A DNA stretch of 61,161 bases, from the IMG/VR virus record IMGVR_UViG_3300037721_000087, positions 1 through 61,161 of that record; one strand, written 5' to 3'. How positions within the stretch are numbered: position 1 is the first letter of the stretch; each line of letters opens with the position of its first letter. Both the position numbers and the translations under genes were made by a program. Of this stretch, positions 28,559 through 38,352 are shown in pieces. The DNA comes from a virus (lineage: Duplodnaviria; Caudoviricetes). The notes under the pieces are model-generated. The model was not told where the DNA came from and searched no databases. It saw nothing but the letters and a program-made list of their open reading frames with translations.

Positions 28559-28589
28559 CGTGACGCACATGCGTCACGGCTGGTAGTGT
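28559..28589 (+). promoter_or_regulatory. Promoter (GTGACG -35, extended -10 TGgTAGTGT) overlapped by an inverted repeat
   Basis: CGTGACGCA-CA-TGCGTCACG at 28559-28578; TG-G-TAGTGT at 28581-28589. Confidence 0.55.
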
Positions 28590-28595
28590 TCGGCC

Positions 28596-28661
28596 TCGGT
28601 CGAGCGTCCTCTCGTCCGTGAACACGAAACGCCCCCGCTCATCGAGCGGGGGCGTTTTCGT
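28596..28661 (+). ncRNA. Candidate trans-acting antisense small RNA
   Basis: Non-coding; between an extended -10 and an intrinsic terminator; contains CGTCCTCTCGTCCG (28605-28618), complementary to the early-gene RBS motif. Confidence 0.5.
28624..28661. terminator. Bidirectional intrinsic terminator
   Basis: AAACGCCCCCGCTC-ATC-GAGCGGGGGCGTTTT between convergent operons. Confidence 0.9.
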
Positions 28662-28676
28662 CGTTCCCGGGGAAGC

Positions 28677-30230
28677 TCAGCGCTCGTTGAACGCCCAGCG
28701 CAGCGCAGCTCCGGTGCTGTCGACGAGGTCGTCGTGCTGACGAGGGTCCGGGAACCGGACGAGCTGGTCCTCCAGGTCGGCGAACCGGCGCGCGTGTACG
28801 ACCTGACCTCGTTCGTAGTGCGCCAGCGCGCGCTGCGCCCGGCTGCTCTTCGAACCAGACACCCACTCCCACGTAACGCGGTTGCCCGCCCGGCCGAACT
28901 GTTCAGGCAGGGGCATCCCCCGTGGCTCCAGAACCTTCGCCCAGTGCTCGGACCCGCCTGCGTTCTCCTCGACGATCAGGGTGCGCAGGCCCGGGTTCCG
29001 CTCGGCCAGGTCATGGATCCGGCTTCTGATCTGCTCACCGGTCAACCGCGCGTGCACGGCGTGCACCACGATCGCGCGACGACGATCCGCTGAGCGTCCA
29101 ACGACGGTCATGGCGGTGAGGTCGTTCTTCGAGCCGGTCTTGAGCGCGGGGTCGATCGCCAGCACGTACTCCGCCGCGTGGAAGCGCTCGACCGGCTCGT
29201 AGCGGAACAGGTCCGGCGTCCAGTAGGTGCCGCCCCGGCCGCTGTCCGCGCGCGGGTCCATCTCCACGTTCAGCGCGTAGCTGCGCGAGCCGCGCAGGTA
29301 CTCGCCGAAGTGGGTGTCCGTCAACGCCCACCGCTGCGGCCACAGTGACCGCTCCGCGCCGGTTTCGCGATCGACCAGGACACCGGGCCAGACGTGCGGA
29401 GTGAACCCGTTCTCGACCACCCATTCGGTCGGCTCGCCCTTGGCCGTGCGCACCACGTCGTGCAGCACGCTCTGGTACGCGGTCACCGTGCCGGTCAGCT
29501 GCACGATCGTGTCTGCCCCGCCCATCGGGAGCACGCCGGCCAGCACCTTGCGCAGGATCGACTCCTTGAGCGCGGGCGAGTGGTCCTCTTCCACTGGTTC
29601 GGCGTCGTCGATCACGATCAGGCCCGCTCGCTCGGCGGCGGATCGTGCGCCGAGCGCGGCCTCGCCCAGGCCACGGGACATGATCGTGGCGCCGCGCGTC
29701 ATCACGGTCGCCGACGTGTTCGACGTCCCGCGCCCGCGCACCGGCCGGAGCACGTCGTAGTCCTGCAGCAGGAGCTCGTTCTCGTCGAGTTGGCGCCGCA
29801 AGTGGGACAGGTGTAGCTTCGCCTGCTGGTGGTTGTACGAGAACGTGAAGGCGTACGTGCGGTGGCCATGAGCCAAGGCCCACAAGGGCAGGATCATGTG
29901 CAGCCACACGCTCTTGCCCGCCCCGCGTGGAGCCACCCATGCGTTGCGCTGTCCGCCCGGCTTGCGCCACGCCTTCGCTGACGCGGCCAGGTCCAGGTGT
30001 AGCTCGCTGAACGACATGTCCGTGTGATCGGGCAGGAGCAGGTACTCCTTCGGCATGTACACGATCGCGAACCGGAGCGGGGAGTCGCGCGTGACCCGGC
30101 GCCGGTACTCGCTCGAGGCCTGCACGGCGGCCGTGCGCAGGGGCGCGATCTCGCGCAGGAACCAGTCCCGCCAGGGCGAGCCCACCGGCGGGGGTGTGAT
30201 GGTCGTGCGTTCCTGCGCGAGAGCGGTCAT
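28677..30230 (-). CDS. Second terminase large subunit-like ATPase-nuclease
   Basis: Walker A 'APRGAGKS', Walker B 'LIVIDDAE', 'LTGT', 'LWPQRW', RNase H-like 'LAIDPA...DLTA', 'IVEENAGG', 'HDDLVDS'; ATGA overlap supports start at 30230. Confidence 0.88.
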   Translation of the reverse strand: MTALAQERTTITPPPVGSPWRDWFLREIAPLRTAAVQASSEYRRRVTRDSPLRFAIVYMPKEYLLLPDHTDMSFSELHLDLAASAKAWRKPGGQRNAWVAPRGAGKSVWLHMILPLWALAHGHRTYAFTFSYNHQQAKLHLSHLRRQLDENELLLQDYDVLRPVRGRGTSNTSATVMTRGATIMSRGLGEAALGARSAAERAGLIVIDDAEPVEEDHSPALKESILRKVLAGVLPMGGADTIVQLTGTVTAYQSVLHDVVRTAKGEPTEWVVENGFTPHVWPGVLVDRETGAERSLWPQRWALTDTHFGEYLRGSRSYALNVEMDPRADSGRGGTYWTPDLFRYEPVERFHAAEYVLAIDPALKTGSKNDLTAMTVVGRSADRRRAIVVHAVHARLTGEQIRSRIHDLAERNPGLRTLIVEENAGGSEHWAKVLEPRGMPLPEQFGRAGNRVTWEWVSGSKSSRAQRALAHYERGQVVHARRFADLEDQLVRFPDPRQHDDLVDSTGAALRWAFNER

Positions 30231-30346
30231 CGGCTCAGCAACCATCCCACGATCAATAGCACCGGGACCACGAGAAAGACGGTCCAGATCCCGAGCCAGA
30301 GCAAGAACTCGAACGCCCACGCGAGGTCGTACTCGTATGTGTTCAC
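30227..30346 (-). CDS. Small TM protein
   Basis: MNTYEYDLAWAFEFLLWLGIWTVFLVVPVLLIVGWLLSR; overlaps at both ends. Confidence 0.55.
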   Translation of the reverse strand: MNTYEYDLAWAFEFLLWLGIWTVFLVVPVLLIVGWLLSR

Positions 30347-30684
30347 CACGTCCACCGGCCCTCTTCCCAGTGCCGCTCCGGCGCGTACGTGGCTGCTAAC
30401 GCGCGCACGACCGATAGCCAGACCTCGTACGCTGCGCCCTCGTCCACGGCCGAGGTGTCGCCCAGGGCAACGATCTCGCGCTTCATCTGGATGTCAATGA
30501 TCAGCTCACGGAATGTGCGTGTGGGGTCGCTGCTCGCGCGGATGAGGTCGATCTCCCCTCGGACCAGTGTCGGGAGCTGGTCTTCCATCTGGCCCTCGAT
30601 CACGCTCTTGAGCGCCTTTTCGCGCTCGTCCAGGCGTTCGAGCAGGAGCCGTGCGACGGGCTCCTGTGATCCGAATGCACTCAC
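30343..30684 (-). CDS. Hypothetical protein (possibly DUF6221-like)
   Basis: 'IQMKREIV...VVRALAATYA'; GTGA overlaps. Confidence 0.55.
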   Translation of the reverse strand: MSAFGSQEPVARLLLERLDEREKALKSVIEGQMEDQLPTLVRGEIDLIRASSDPTRTFRELIIDIQMKREIVALGDTSAVDEGAAYEVWLSVVRALAATYAPERHWEEGRWTW

Positions 30685-32195
30685 CGGTCCCACCTTCCGT
30701 GCCGGCCCGTGCGCGTGCCGTCGTTCAGCCCGATCATCGCGAGCCGGGGCGAGAATACGAACAGGATCCCGCACCACAGCGGGCCCGCGATCATCCAGCC
30801 CCACAGCGCGAACGAGGCCACGAACAGGACCGCGACCACGAGCGCGGTCACGAGCATGCCCATGCGGCGGCGGACGACGGGGTTGGCGGCCAGTGCGGAG
30901 AGCGCGAGCAGGTACGGGGTCACGGTTGGATCCTTAGTGGTCGAACATGGTCGGGCTCGATGCCGATGATGACGACCGACTGGCGGCCCTTGCGACGTAG
31001 ACGCACGGCGAGCGAGTCCGCGCGTGGTCCCTCGGTGCAGCGGTGGATGAACTCGGCGCGCACCCAGGTGGCGCCGAACAGGCCGCGGTACTCGACAGCG
31101 TCACCGGGCTGGTAGACGGTGGCCACGCGCATGCCCTCACCCACAGTAGGGCCCGTTGAACTGGTCCAGGAGCCACGCGTAGGACTGCGCGGCCGGTGCC
31201 CGCACGCGTCCCATCGTGCACAGGTCGACCACTGCACGGCCGATCTGGGCGTCGGTGAGCATCACCGGGAGCCCGTGCTGGCGCAGCTGCAGGCGCACCT
31301 TCGCGCCGAGATAGGCGTCGCACCCGCTCGCCCCGTACGGCAGCCGCGCGCAGTCCTGCGCCTGCGCCACGCCCACCGGCGCGGCCACGCTCAACGCGGC
31401 AGCGAGCAGGGCCACGGTCAAGGTCCTCTTCATCGTTCGTCCTCTCATCGGATCACCACCAGCTTGTTCGATGGCACAGGCTCATCTCGATAGGGGCCGT
31501 ATTCCCATGCCACTCGCACGTGTTCTTCGTCGACCAGCTCGATTACTTCACCAGCGCTCTGGCTGATACCACTGGTCTGCCGCACTCGCGAGTGCGTGAA
31601 CACGGGCTGGCCGTCGGCGTCGCGCACCAGCGAACCGGGCTCGCTCGTGCACTGGCCCCACTCCAGGACTCGGTACCCGCCCGGGACCGGCGGCCTCACC
31701 GGGCCACTACCCGGGTCGTGTCCCGCACCGCGCGCTTGTTCGCGTACCAGATCGCGGCCACGGCGAAGCCGGGCTCGAACACCGCGTGCGCCTCGCCGTA
31801 CGGGTCGCGCACGACCCAGCACAGGCGCTCGCCCAGGTGCCCCCAGGACTCGCGCTGCACGTGCCAGCGGATCGAGTTCATGGCGTGTCCCTGGTGTCCA
31901 GGGGCTTGAGGGAGCCCGGAGGCAAGCCGTAGAACGCTGCCACTACGTCGGGGTCCATCCGGAGTGGCCCGGAGAACCGTTCGCCCGAGGTGCCGGAGCG
32001 GAACTCGCCCTGGACCTCTACTCGCCCTACATCTTCGAGCTGGTCCAGCACGCCGCGCACGAGCCCGGCCAGGTACGTGAGGTGCACCGCCGCCGGCACG
32101 GTCGCGTCCATCGCGTGCGGCCCGGTCAGCTCGGCCGCCAGGTCCACGGCCTGGTCCGCCGCCTCGGCCAGGTGCTCGCGCAGGGGCGCGTTCAC
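30681..32195 (-). other. Six small coupled hypothetical genes (30681-30923 TM; 30920-~31132; 31137-31433 signal peptide; 31445-31699; 31696-31881; 31878-32195)
   Basis: Chain of ATGA/GTGA overlaps on the minus strand. Confidence 0.6.
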
Positions 32196-32896
32196 TTCTC
32201 GGCCTCGATCCGGTCGAGGACAGCAGCGAGTGCGTCCATGCTCTGATGGAACTCCGGCCTGCTGCTCCGGACCCAGTGAGTCGAGCTGTACTCGCGGTAC
32301 ATGGCATGCACTGCGTCGAGCAGGTCGCCAGCGTCGAGCAGGTCCCCGAACGTGGACGGGCGAATCTTCTCGCCCCCGTCCATGAGCTCGATCCCGCGCC
32401 AGCTCCCGGACGGGTACTCGGCCAAGTGCTTGCCAGCGGCGTCGTACACGTCGACCCCGCCCGCGCCGTCGGTCGACCACGAGGCGGCGGTCGGGTACTC
32501 GCGCTCGCCCGTGCCGCTCACGATGTAGGTCGGCACGAACACGCGCACGCCGGTGGGGCTGGGGGCGGACGGCTTGGGCTGTCCGAAGAACCGCATCTTC
32601 CCGTCGGGGTAGAGCCGGATCCGTTCGCCGCCCACGGCCCCGCCGTGTACGAGATCCTCGAATGGACTCGCGCCCTCCTCGTCCTGCAGCGCATCGAGCA
32701 CCGCCATCAGCGCGGCCACATGCTGCCGCGCGAGCTTCGCGCTGTCGGTCGGCCCGCCCAGCCACTCTTTGCCGCCGATCGCACCGATGAACCGGCTTAC
32801 GACCTCTCGGCTGTGAGCGTCCAGGTTGGGCGCGATCCGCGATGCGTGCGAGTCAGGGCCCAGCGCCTCAAGCTCGTCATCACTCAGTGGGGGCAT
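32192..32896 (-). CDS. Hypothetical protein
   Basis: 234 aa; GAGAGGAC RBS at 32904-32911. Confidence 0.7.
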   Translation of the reverse strand: MPPLSDDELEALGPDSHASRIAPNLDAHSREVVSRFIGAIGGKEWLGGPTDSAKLARQHVAALMAVLDALQDEEGASPFEDLVHGGAVGGERIRLYPDGKMRFFGQPKPSAPSPTGVRVFVPTYIVSGTGEREYPTAASWSTDGAGGVDVYDAAGKHLAEYPSGSWRGIELMDGGEKIRPSTFGDLLDAGDLLDAVHAMYREYSSTHWVRSSRPEFHQSMDALAAVLDRIEAEK

Positions 32897-33380
32897 GGTT
32901 ATCGTCCTCTCTCGGGAGGGCCGCCAGTGCAGCCATCACTTCGGGGTCGGGCTCTACTTCTCGTGGGGACTCGGTGACCGTGCGGGTCGGGGCGTCGAGC
33001 CCGGCCAGCTTCGCCCACCGGTCCTCGATCTTCAGCAGCCGGTCGATGGCCTGCAGCGGGTCCGCCCGCCCGCCTTTGACCTCTTCCATCACGATCTGCA
33101 CGTACTGCTCCAGGCGCCCGGCCTGTGCGGTGCGCAGGGTCTGGCGGTCGAAGATGTCCTGCCAGGGGATCTCCTCCCTGGCCTCGCGCAGGTACTTGAT
33201 GATGGTCGGGTGCGAGACCGAGTGCCCGTGCTGGCGCAGGTGCTGGGAGATCTTCCGGCTCGACATCCCCTCTTCCTCGGCGAGCCGCAGCGCCTCCTGC
33301 GCCCAGTGCGAACGCGTCCACTGGGTCCGATCGGAGGCATGAGGGGACGGCGCAACCCCGGCGCTGTCGCTCTCCGTCAC
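32880..33380 (-). CDS. HTH protein resembling a terminase small subunit (TerS2-like)
   Basis: N-terminal HTH 'GMSSRKISQHL...VSHPTIIKYL' plus 'AIDRLLKIEDRWAKLAGLDAP'. Confidence 0.65.
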   Translation of the reverse strand: MTESDSAGVAPSPHASDRTQWTRSHWAQEALRLAEEEGMSSRKISQHLRQHGHSVSHPTIIKYLREAREEIPWQDIFDRQTLRTAQAGRLEQYVQIVMEEVKGGRADPLQAIDRLLKIEDRWAKLAGLDAPTRTVTESPREVEPDPEVMAALAALPREDDNHAPTE

Positions 33381-35078
33381 CGATCATGCCCCTGTCTTAC
33401 CGTGTGTCGTAGATCCACTTACCAGCTCAGCGCATGAACACGAGCTGTAGTCGTGCCTGATCAGAACGCGTGCGAGTGCGTGTGCGGCTGGTTCGCGAGC
33501 AGGACCGCCCCGAACGAGCCGGCGTACCGGGTACGTCGCCGCCCCCGGTACGCCCACGCTCGCCAGCCGCGCATGAGCGGGCGCAGGCCCTCGACCATCC
33601 ACACCGGAATGGGCTCGTCGTCGTTCACTGCGGCCACCGGGCGGAGAGTTCGGTCAACCGCTCGTTCAGTTCGGAGAGTGTGGCGCCCAGCTCCTGGTCA
33701 GTACTGGCCTCAAGCGATGCCCGCCAGGCCTGCACGACGGCGTCGATCTGCTCGGCACACAGTTGTGCCGCCCGGACCTTGCGCCCGCCCTCGCGCGGTC
33801 CCTCCTCGTTCATGACCCGTCCTGGCGCGGGAACGGCGCGGTGTTCTGCGGAGGCTCGTTGTCACCGACGTCGAACCCGCGCCCGCCCGAGAACTGTGCC
33901 GCTTCTTTCACCAGCGAGCGCCGCTCCTGCTCGGTGCGGTAGGCGATGATCGCCGGGATCCCGAACGCCAGCACACCGGCCAGGCACCCGACCCAGGCGC
34001 CGTACGCACCGCCGAGCGCGAACATGAGCCCGATCGTGCTGACCATGAACGCGACGTAGAGCAGCGGCCGGATGACCTTGCCCTCGTCCATGCGGTTGGC
34101 CATGGGTCAGCCCCCCTCGCGCCGAGCGAGCTCGGCCGCCACCGCACTGGCGTGATCGGGCAAGAAGACCTCGACCAGCGGACCGAATCCGATCATTCCG
34201 CAGGGGTAGCCCGGCTCCTCGTCCTCGCCGATCAGGCGCACTTCGCCCATCCGATCGAGGACGTGTACGCCTGCAGGGATGGTCTCGTCGTCGAACCAGA
34301 CGCGGGGGGTTCTCGTCTCGCTCACTGGCTCGCTCCGTACGTGGAGCCGAACTCGGTCGCGGCCGGCGCGGACACCGGCTCGTCGTCGAGCCCGACCCGG
34401 GCGCGGACCTCGTTCGCCGAGCGGCGCACTGAGCGCAGGTACGCGGCCACGAGCTGGCTCATGCCCTGCTCGGCCGCCTCCTTCTCGACGCGGTCGGCCT
34501 GCTCCAGGATGAACGCGACGAGCAGGTCCGCTGCGTCGACGTTGGTCAGGAACGTGGGCAGGTCGCTGGACCGGCCCCTCTGTGGTGCCATGGTGGTCGT
34601 CCTCTCTGTGTGGGTTGGTTGTCGATCAGCGCCAATCGGTTACCTGCGGCAGGCAGTTCGTGCACCGGCCGCCGATGTGCTGCGTCGTCTTGCTGCAGTA
34701 CCCGCAGTACTCCTGGCTGTGATCCCCTCGCGGCGCGCCAGACCTGCGCGGCTGCGTGCGGGGCGGAGGCGGGCTGGACTTCTTGCTGCTGAACATTCCC
34801 ATGACGGTTGTCCTCTCTCGGTGGGTGTTCGGTTACTGCAGGAGCCAGGTCAGCACGGCGGGCGCGCGCGTGCCGGTGAGTACGAGCACGAGCAGGAGCG
34901 TGAACGGGATCGTGAGCACCAGGTCCTTGGCCTCGTCCAGGATCTTGGACCCGAGTCCGTCCCGGACCTCGTCCATGAACCAGGACCTGATCGTGGGACG
35001 GATCGTGAGCGGCTCGGGCTCGGCGGGCACGGCGGTGAACACCTCTGTGCTGCCGTGCGTCAGGTAGGTCGTGTCCAT
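33377..35078 (-). other. Small hypothetical genes (incl. 33625-33813; 33810-34103 TM; 34107-34325; 34322-34591; 34626-34802 Cys-rich; 34833-35078 TM)
   Basis: Coupled ORFs, several with the GAGAGGAC RBS. Confidence 0.6.
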
Positions 35079-35099
35079 GAGCGTGTCCTCTCGCTTGGT

Positions 35100-35582
35100 C
35101 TATTGCTGGGCCTCGAGCCAGTCCCGCACCGCGCGGAACGTGGCCACCGACGGCCGCTCGCCGTTGTTCAGGTACCGCCACGCGGCCGTGTAGCCGATGC
35201 CCAGCTGCGGCACCAGCGCGTTCGTGGACAGCCCGAGCTCGTCGCGCTTGGTGCAGGCAGCCTTACGCACCTGCTCGATGCTCTCCTTGGTCATGCCCGC
35301 CTCCAGCTCTTGCTGACGGAGGCTGGCCTGCGGGGTGTGACTCGGTGGACGAGCCCCGGCCACGATCACATGCACCGAGTCGCGGCTCAGGCCGGTCTCC
35401 CGCTGCAGATCGATCGGATCTGCACGGAACGTGGAGTACAGGGCGCGCATCATCCCGCGGCGTCGACCACGAGCAGCGGTCACCCGCGAGCGCGCAGCTG
35501 TCAACGCCTCGTCGGCGGCCACCACCTCGGCCTGTGCCTCGCGCAGAGCGCGGCGGTCGTCGTCGGTCAGCATGTCGCTCAC
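35100..35582 (-). CDS. DNA-binding protein with two HTH-like regions (C-terminal XRE-like)
   Basis: 'IDLQRETGLSRDSVHVIV' and 'LGLSTNALVPQLGIGYTAAWRYLNNGERPS'. Confidence 0.65.
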   Translation of the reverse strand: MSDMLTDDDRRALREAQAEVVAADEALTAARSRVTAARGRRRGMMRALYSTFRADPIDLQRETGLSRDSVHVIVAGARPPSHTPQASLRQQELEAGMTKESIEQVRKAACTKRDELGLSTNALVPQLGIGYTAAWRYLNNGERPSVATFRAVRDWLEAQQ

Positions 35583-35829
35583 TGTACGGCACCGGTCAAG
35601 CCTGACACCTGACGGTCCCGCCAGCACGCCAGGAGCGTGCCCGCGACCGAGCACGCGCACCCGAGCGCGAACAGGAGCACGGGCTGACCGGCCGCCAGGA
35701 CGAACAGCACACTCACGACCACCAGCACGGTCGGCGCGACGAGCACGCTCACGAGCAGCACGGGCGCGTCGGCCCGGACATGAACCGGCCCCGCACGGTG
35801 GTCTCCGTGCGGGGCCGGCCAGGACAGGC

Positions 35830-36144
35830 TCACGCCGCTATGACTTCCATGGCACGGGCGAATCGCTCCCCCTTTGGCGTGAGCCGGTAGAACGAGCGGT
35901 ACCGAGCATGGTGCAACGCGGATGACCGCTTACCTTCACGCCGCTCTACGAGTCCGACCTGAACCAGGCTGCCCAGAACGCGGGGCGCGTCGGTGACGCC
36001 AACCTTCGCAATCTCGGAGGTGTGCCGCTCTCCATGTCGGAGCAGCGAGGACACGACCGTCAGCGTGGCGTCCGACGGGAGCCGTGGTCCCCCCGGTCGC
36101 CGGTAGGGCGCCCACAGTTCTCGCATCTGCGCGGGGCCGATCAT
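35830..36144 (-). CDS. Winged-helix DNA-binding protein (PadR/MarR-like)
   Basis: 'VLGSLVQVGLVERR...FYRLTPKGERFA'. Confidence 0.65.
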   Translation of the reverse strand: MIGPAQMRELWAPYRRPGGPRLPSDATLTVVSSLLRHGERHTSEIAKVGVTDAPRVLGSLVQVGLVERREGKRSSALHHARYRSFYRLTPKGERFARAMEVIAA

Positions 36145-37653
36145 CCCACCGGTCCCTGCTCGACGGCCACGACCGGCGGAGGCGGGGGCGCATCGTTCTC
36201 CCTGCTTGCGGCGAACAGGATCAGCGCCAGCAGCAGCGCCGGCAGGAAGATGCGCTTCATCGTTCGCCCTCTCCGTCAGCCAGATCCACGTCAACGACAG
36301 CGTCCTCACTGTCGACGTGCGCACCCGTGTTCATCGGGCAATCGCAGTACGGGCTGCCCACCAGGCAGCTGCACGGCCAGAGAGGGCCTTCGTTTGGGTA
36401 CATGCTCATCGTTCGTCCTCTCTCGGGTAGTCCTGCGATTGCGCGGGCCGGACCGGCCCGCCCGTGTGCTCGATGACTGCGGCGGCCGAGGTGCAGGTCA
36501 CGCCCTCGTGCCCGGCCAGCGCCACGTAGGCGCCGGCCTCGGCCTCGTACGTCCACACCGAGCCGTCGGCCAGCGCGAGCACGTCGGCCAGCTCGTCGGC
36601 CCGGTACTCGGACTCGGGCGTACCCGGGGGGTGGTACTCGGTCATGACGGATCGCCGAGGATGAAATGAGCAGTCTCTCGCTGCTCTGTCGTCCACCCTT
36701 CACCGTTGGCCACTTCGGTGGCCCATCGCTCCATCAAGCGCAGGCGGGCGAGCTCGTCGACCGCCTTGTTCGCCATCTCTGCCAGGGCCAGGTTCCCGTC
36801 CGCCTTGGCCACGCCGGACACCGAGGCGAGCCAGCCCGTGATCTCATCCATCACGCCTCCTCGCCGAGGATCCAACGTGCGGACTTCGCGACATCGTCGC
36901 AGTGGTGCAGCTTCGCCAGCTCGGCCCGCTGCGCAACTGCACGCAGACGGGTGAGCTCGTCTCTTCGCGCGGCAAGGCGCTCCGAAAGGCGAGCCTCTAC
37001 GGCGCGGAGTCGCTGAACCTCGCGCGCGAGCACGCTGCCCTTCACGAGCTTCATCGCACGCCCTACGGCGTCCGCGCTCGGGTACTCGTCGATGTCCATC
37101 ACACCGCTCCCACGAGCGCGGCCACGAGCAGGCTCGCGACGATGAACCCGACGCACAGGCCCGTGAGCAGGCCGTGCGCCAGCTCGTGACGGGTCGAGCG
37201 GTACTTGAGCGTGTCCATCACTTCTTCCCCTTGCACGTGTGCGAGTACGGGCGCCCGGAGGTGTCGTTCGGAACGGGCTCCCCGCACCTACCGCAGGTGG
37301 TCCAGCCCGGGTCGTCATCTGCCTGGTTCATCACGCTGTCCTCTCGTCGTTGTCGATCTGGCGGAACTCGGTCACGGCGTCTCGCCAGTGAGAATCCAGC
37401 TCGCGGTCAGTTGTGCCTGACGAGGGCTCGGTCCATTCGTCGTCGAAAGGGCCAGAGCTACGTGTCGATCCGGCCGAGCGGGACGTCCTTGTGCGACCAT
37501 CTCGGCCCGCTGCTCGATCGCGCGCAGGCGGTTCAGTTCGGCCAGCACGGCGCGCGCGGTAGGCGGCCGGATCGTGCTGGGTCGGTCCAGCGTCACCGCC
37601 TCCGCCAGTGCGAGCTTGCCCAGGTCGAGGTCGTTGGGTCGTGTGTCCATCAC
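36141..37653 (-). other. Small hypothetical genes (36141-36260; 36257-36409; 36406-36645; 36642-36851; 36851-37099; 37099-~37218; 37331-~37650 and others)
   Basis: Coupled short ORFs, several with GAGAGGAC RBS. Confidence 0.55.
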
Positions 37654-38225
37654 GCCGTCCTCTCGTTTTCGATCGCATAGCGGGCTTGACGCAGGAGTGG
37701 ACTCTCGTTCCACTCGACCTTCGCGATGGCCTCGAACTGGAATGCGGTCGGTATCCACGGCAGAACTTGGGCGTGGTGGAGCCCCATGCTGGCTAGCCCT
37801 AACGCGTCCGCCTGGTCGTCGGTGCGGAGCTCCACGTCGGGCCACCGCTTGCTGATGTGCTGGCCGACGCGGAACTTGTCGGCGTTGCCAGACCCCGTCA
37901 CCCACTTCTTCAGTACGGATGGCGTGACCACGCCGACAGGTGCGGGGTGCTGCAGTAGCTCGGAGAACATGAGCCACCACAGACCGGCGAGGTCGCGGGT
38001 TGCCGACCCCTTCGACCCGAACGACGGGGCCTCGATCAGGACCAGGTCCGACTTGACGGCGTACTCGGAGACGAATGCCACCTGCAGGTGCATTCGGTGC
38101 AGCTTCGCTGCTGCGGTCGAGCCGGCGGGCTTGGTGCGCGACACCTCGACCGTGAGGTCGTTGGCGTCGGCGATCAGACAGATCGCGGTCGCAGTGAGCG
38201 ACGGGTCGACCCCGAGGACCCTCAC
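37650..38225 (-). CDS. RuvC-like Holliday junction resolvase
   Basis: 'VLGVDPSLTAT', 'VLIEAPSF', 'PSVLKKWVTGSGNADK', 'DDQADAL'. Confidence 0.9.
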   Translation of the reverse strand: MRVLGVDPSLTATAICLIADANDLTVEVSRTKPAGSTAAAKLHRMHLQVAFVSEYAVKSDLVLIEAPSFGSKGSATRDLAGLWWLMFSELLQHPAPVGVVTPSVLKKWVTGSGNADKFRVGQHISKRWPDVELRTDDQADALGLASMGLHHAQVLPWIPTAFQFEAIAKVEWNESPLLRQARYAIENERTA

Positions 38226-38352
38226 GACCGCTTCCTCTCCCACAGCACGCCCGACCACAGTCCGAGGTCGATCGTGACGCTCGTGATCCGGAGCCCGCTG
38301 CGGTTGATCCGCAGCGGGCCGACGCGCCCGGTCCTGCGCTTGGGCTTGATCC

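Noticed and set aside
28559-28578. CRP/GlxR binding site
   Set aside because: Spacing is GTGA-N10-TCAC rather than N6; kept only as an unassigned operator-like palindrome.
34152-35612. 486-aa + strand ORF and other + strand ORFs within the leftward block
   Set aside because: Antisense to a chain of coupled minus-strand genes that have clear RBS motifs.
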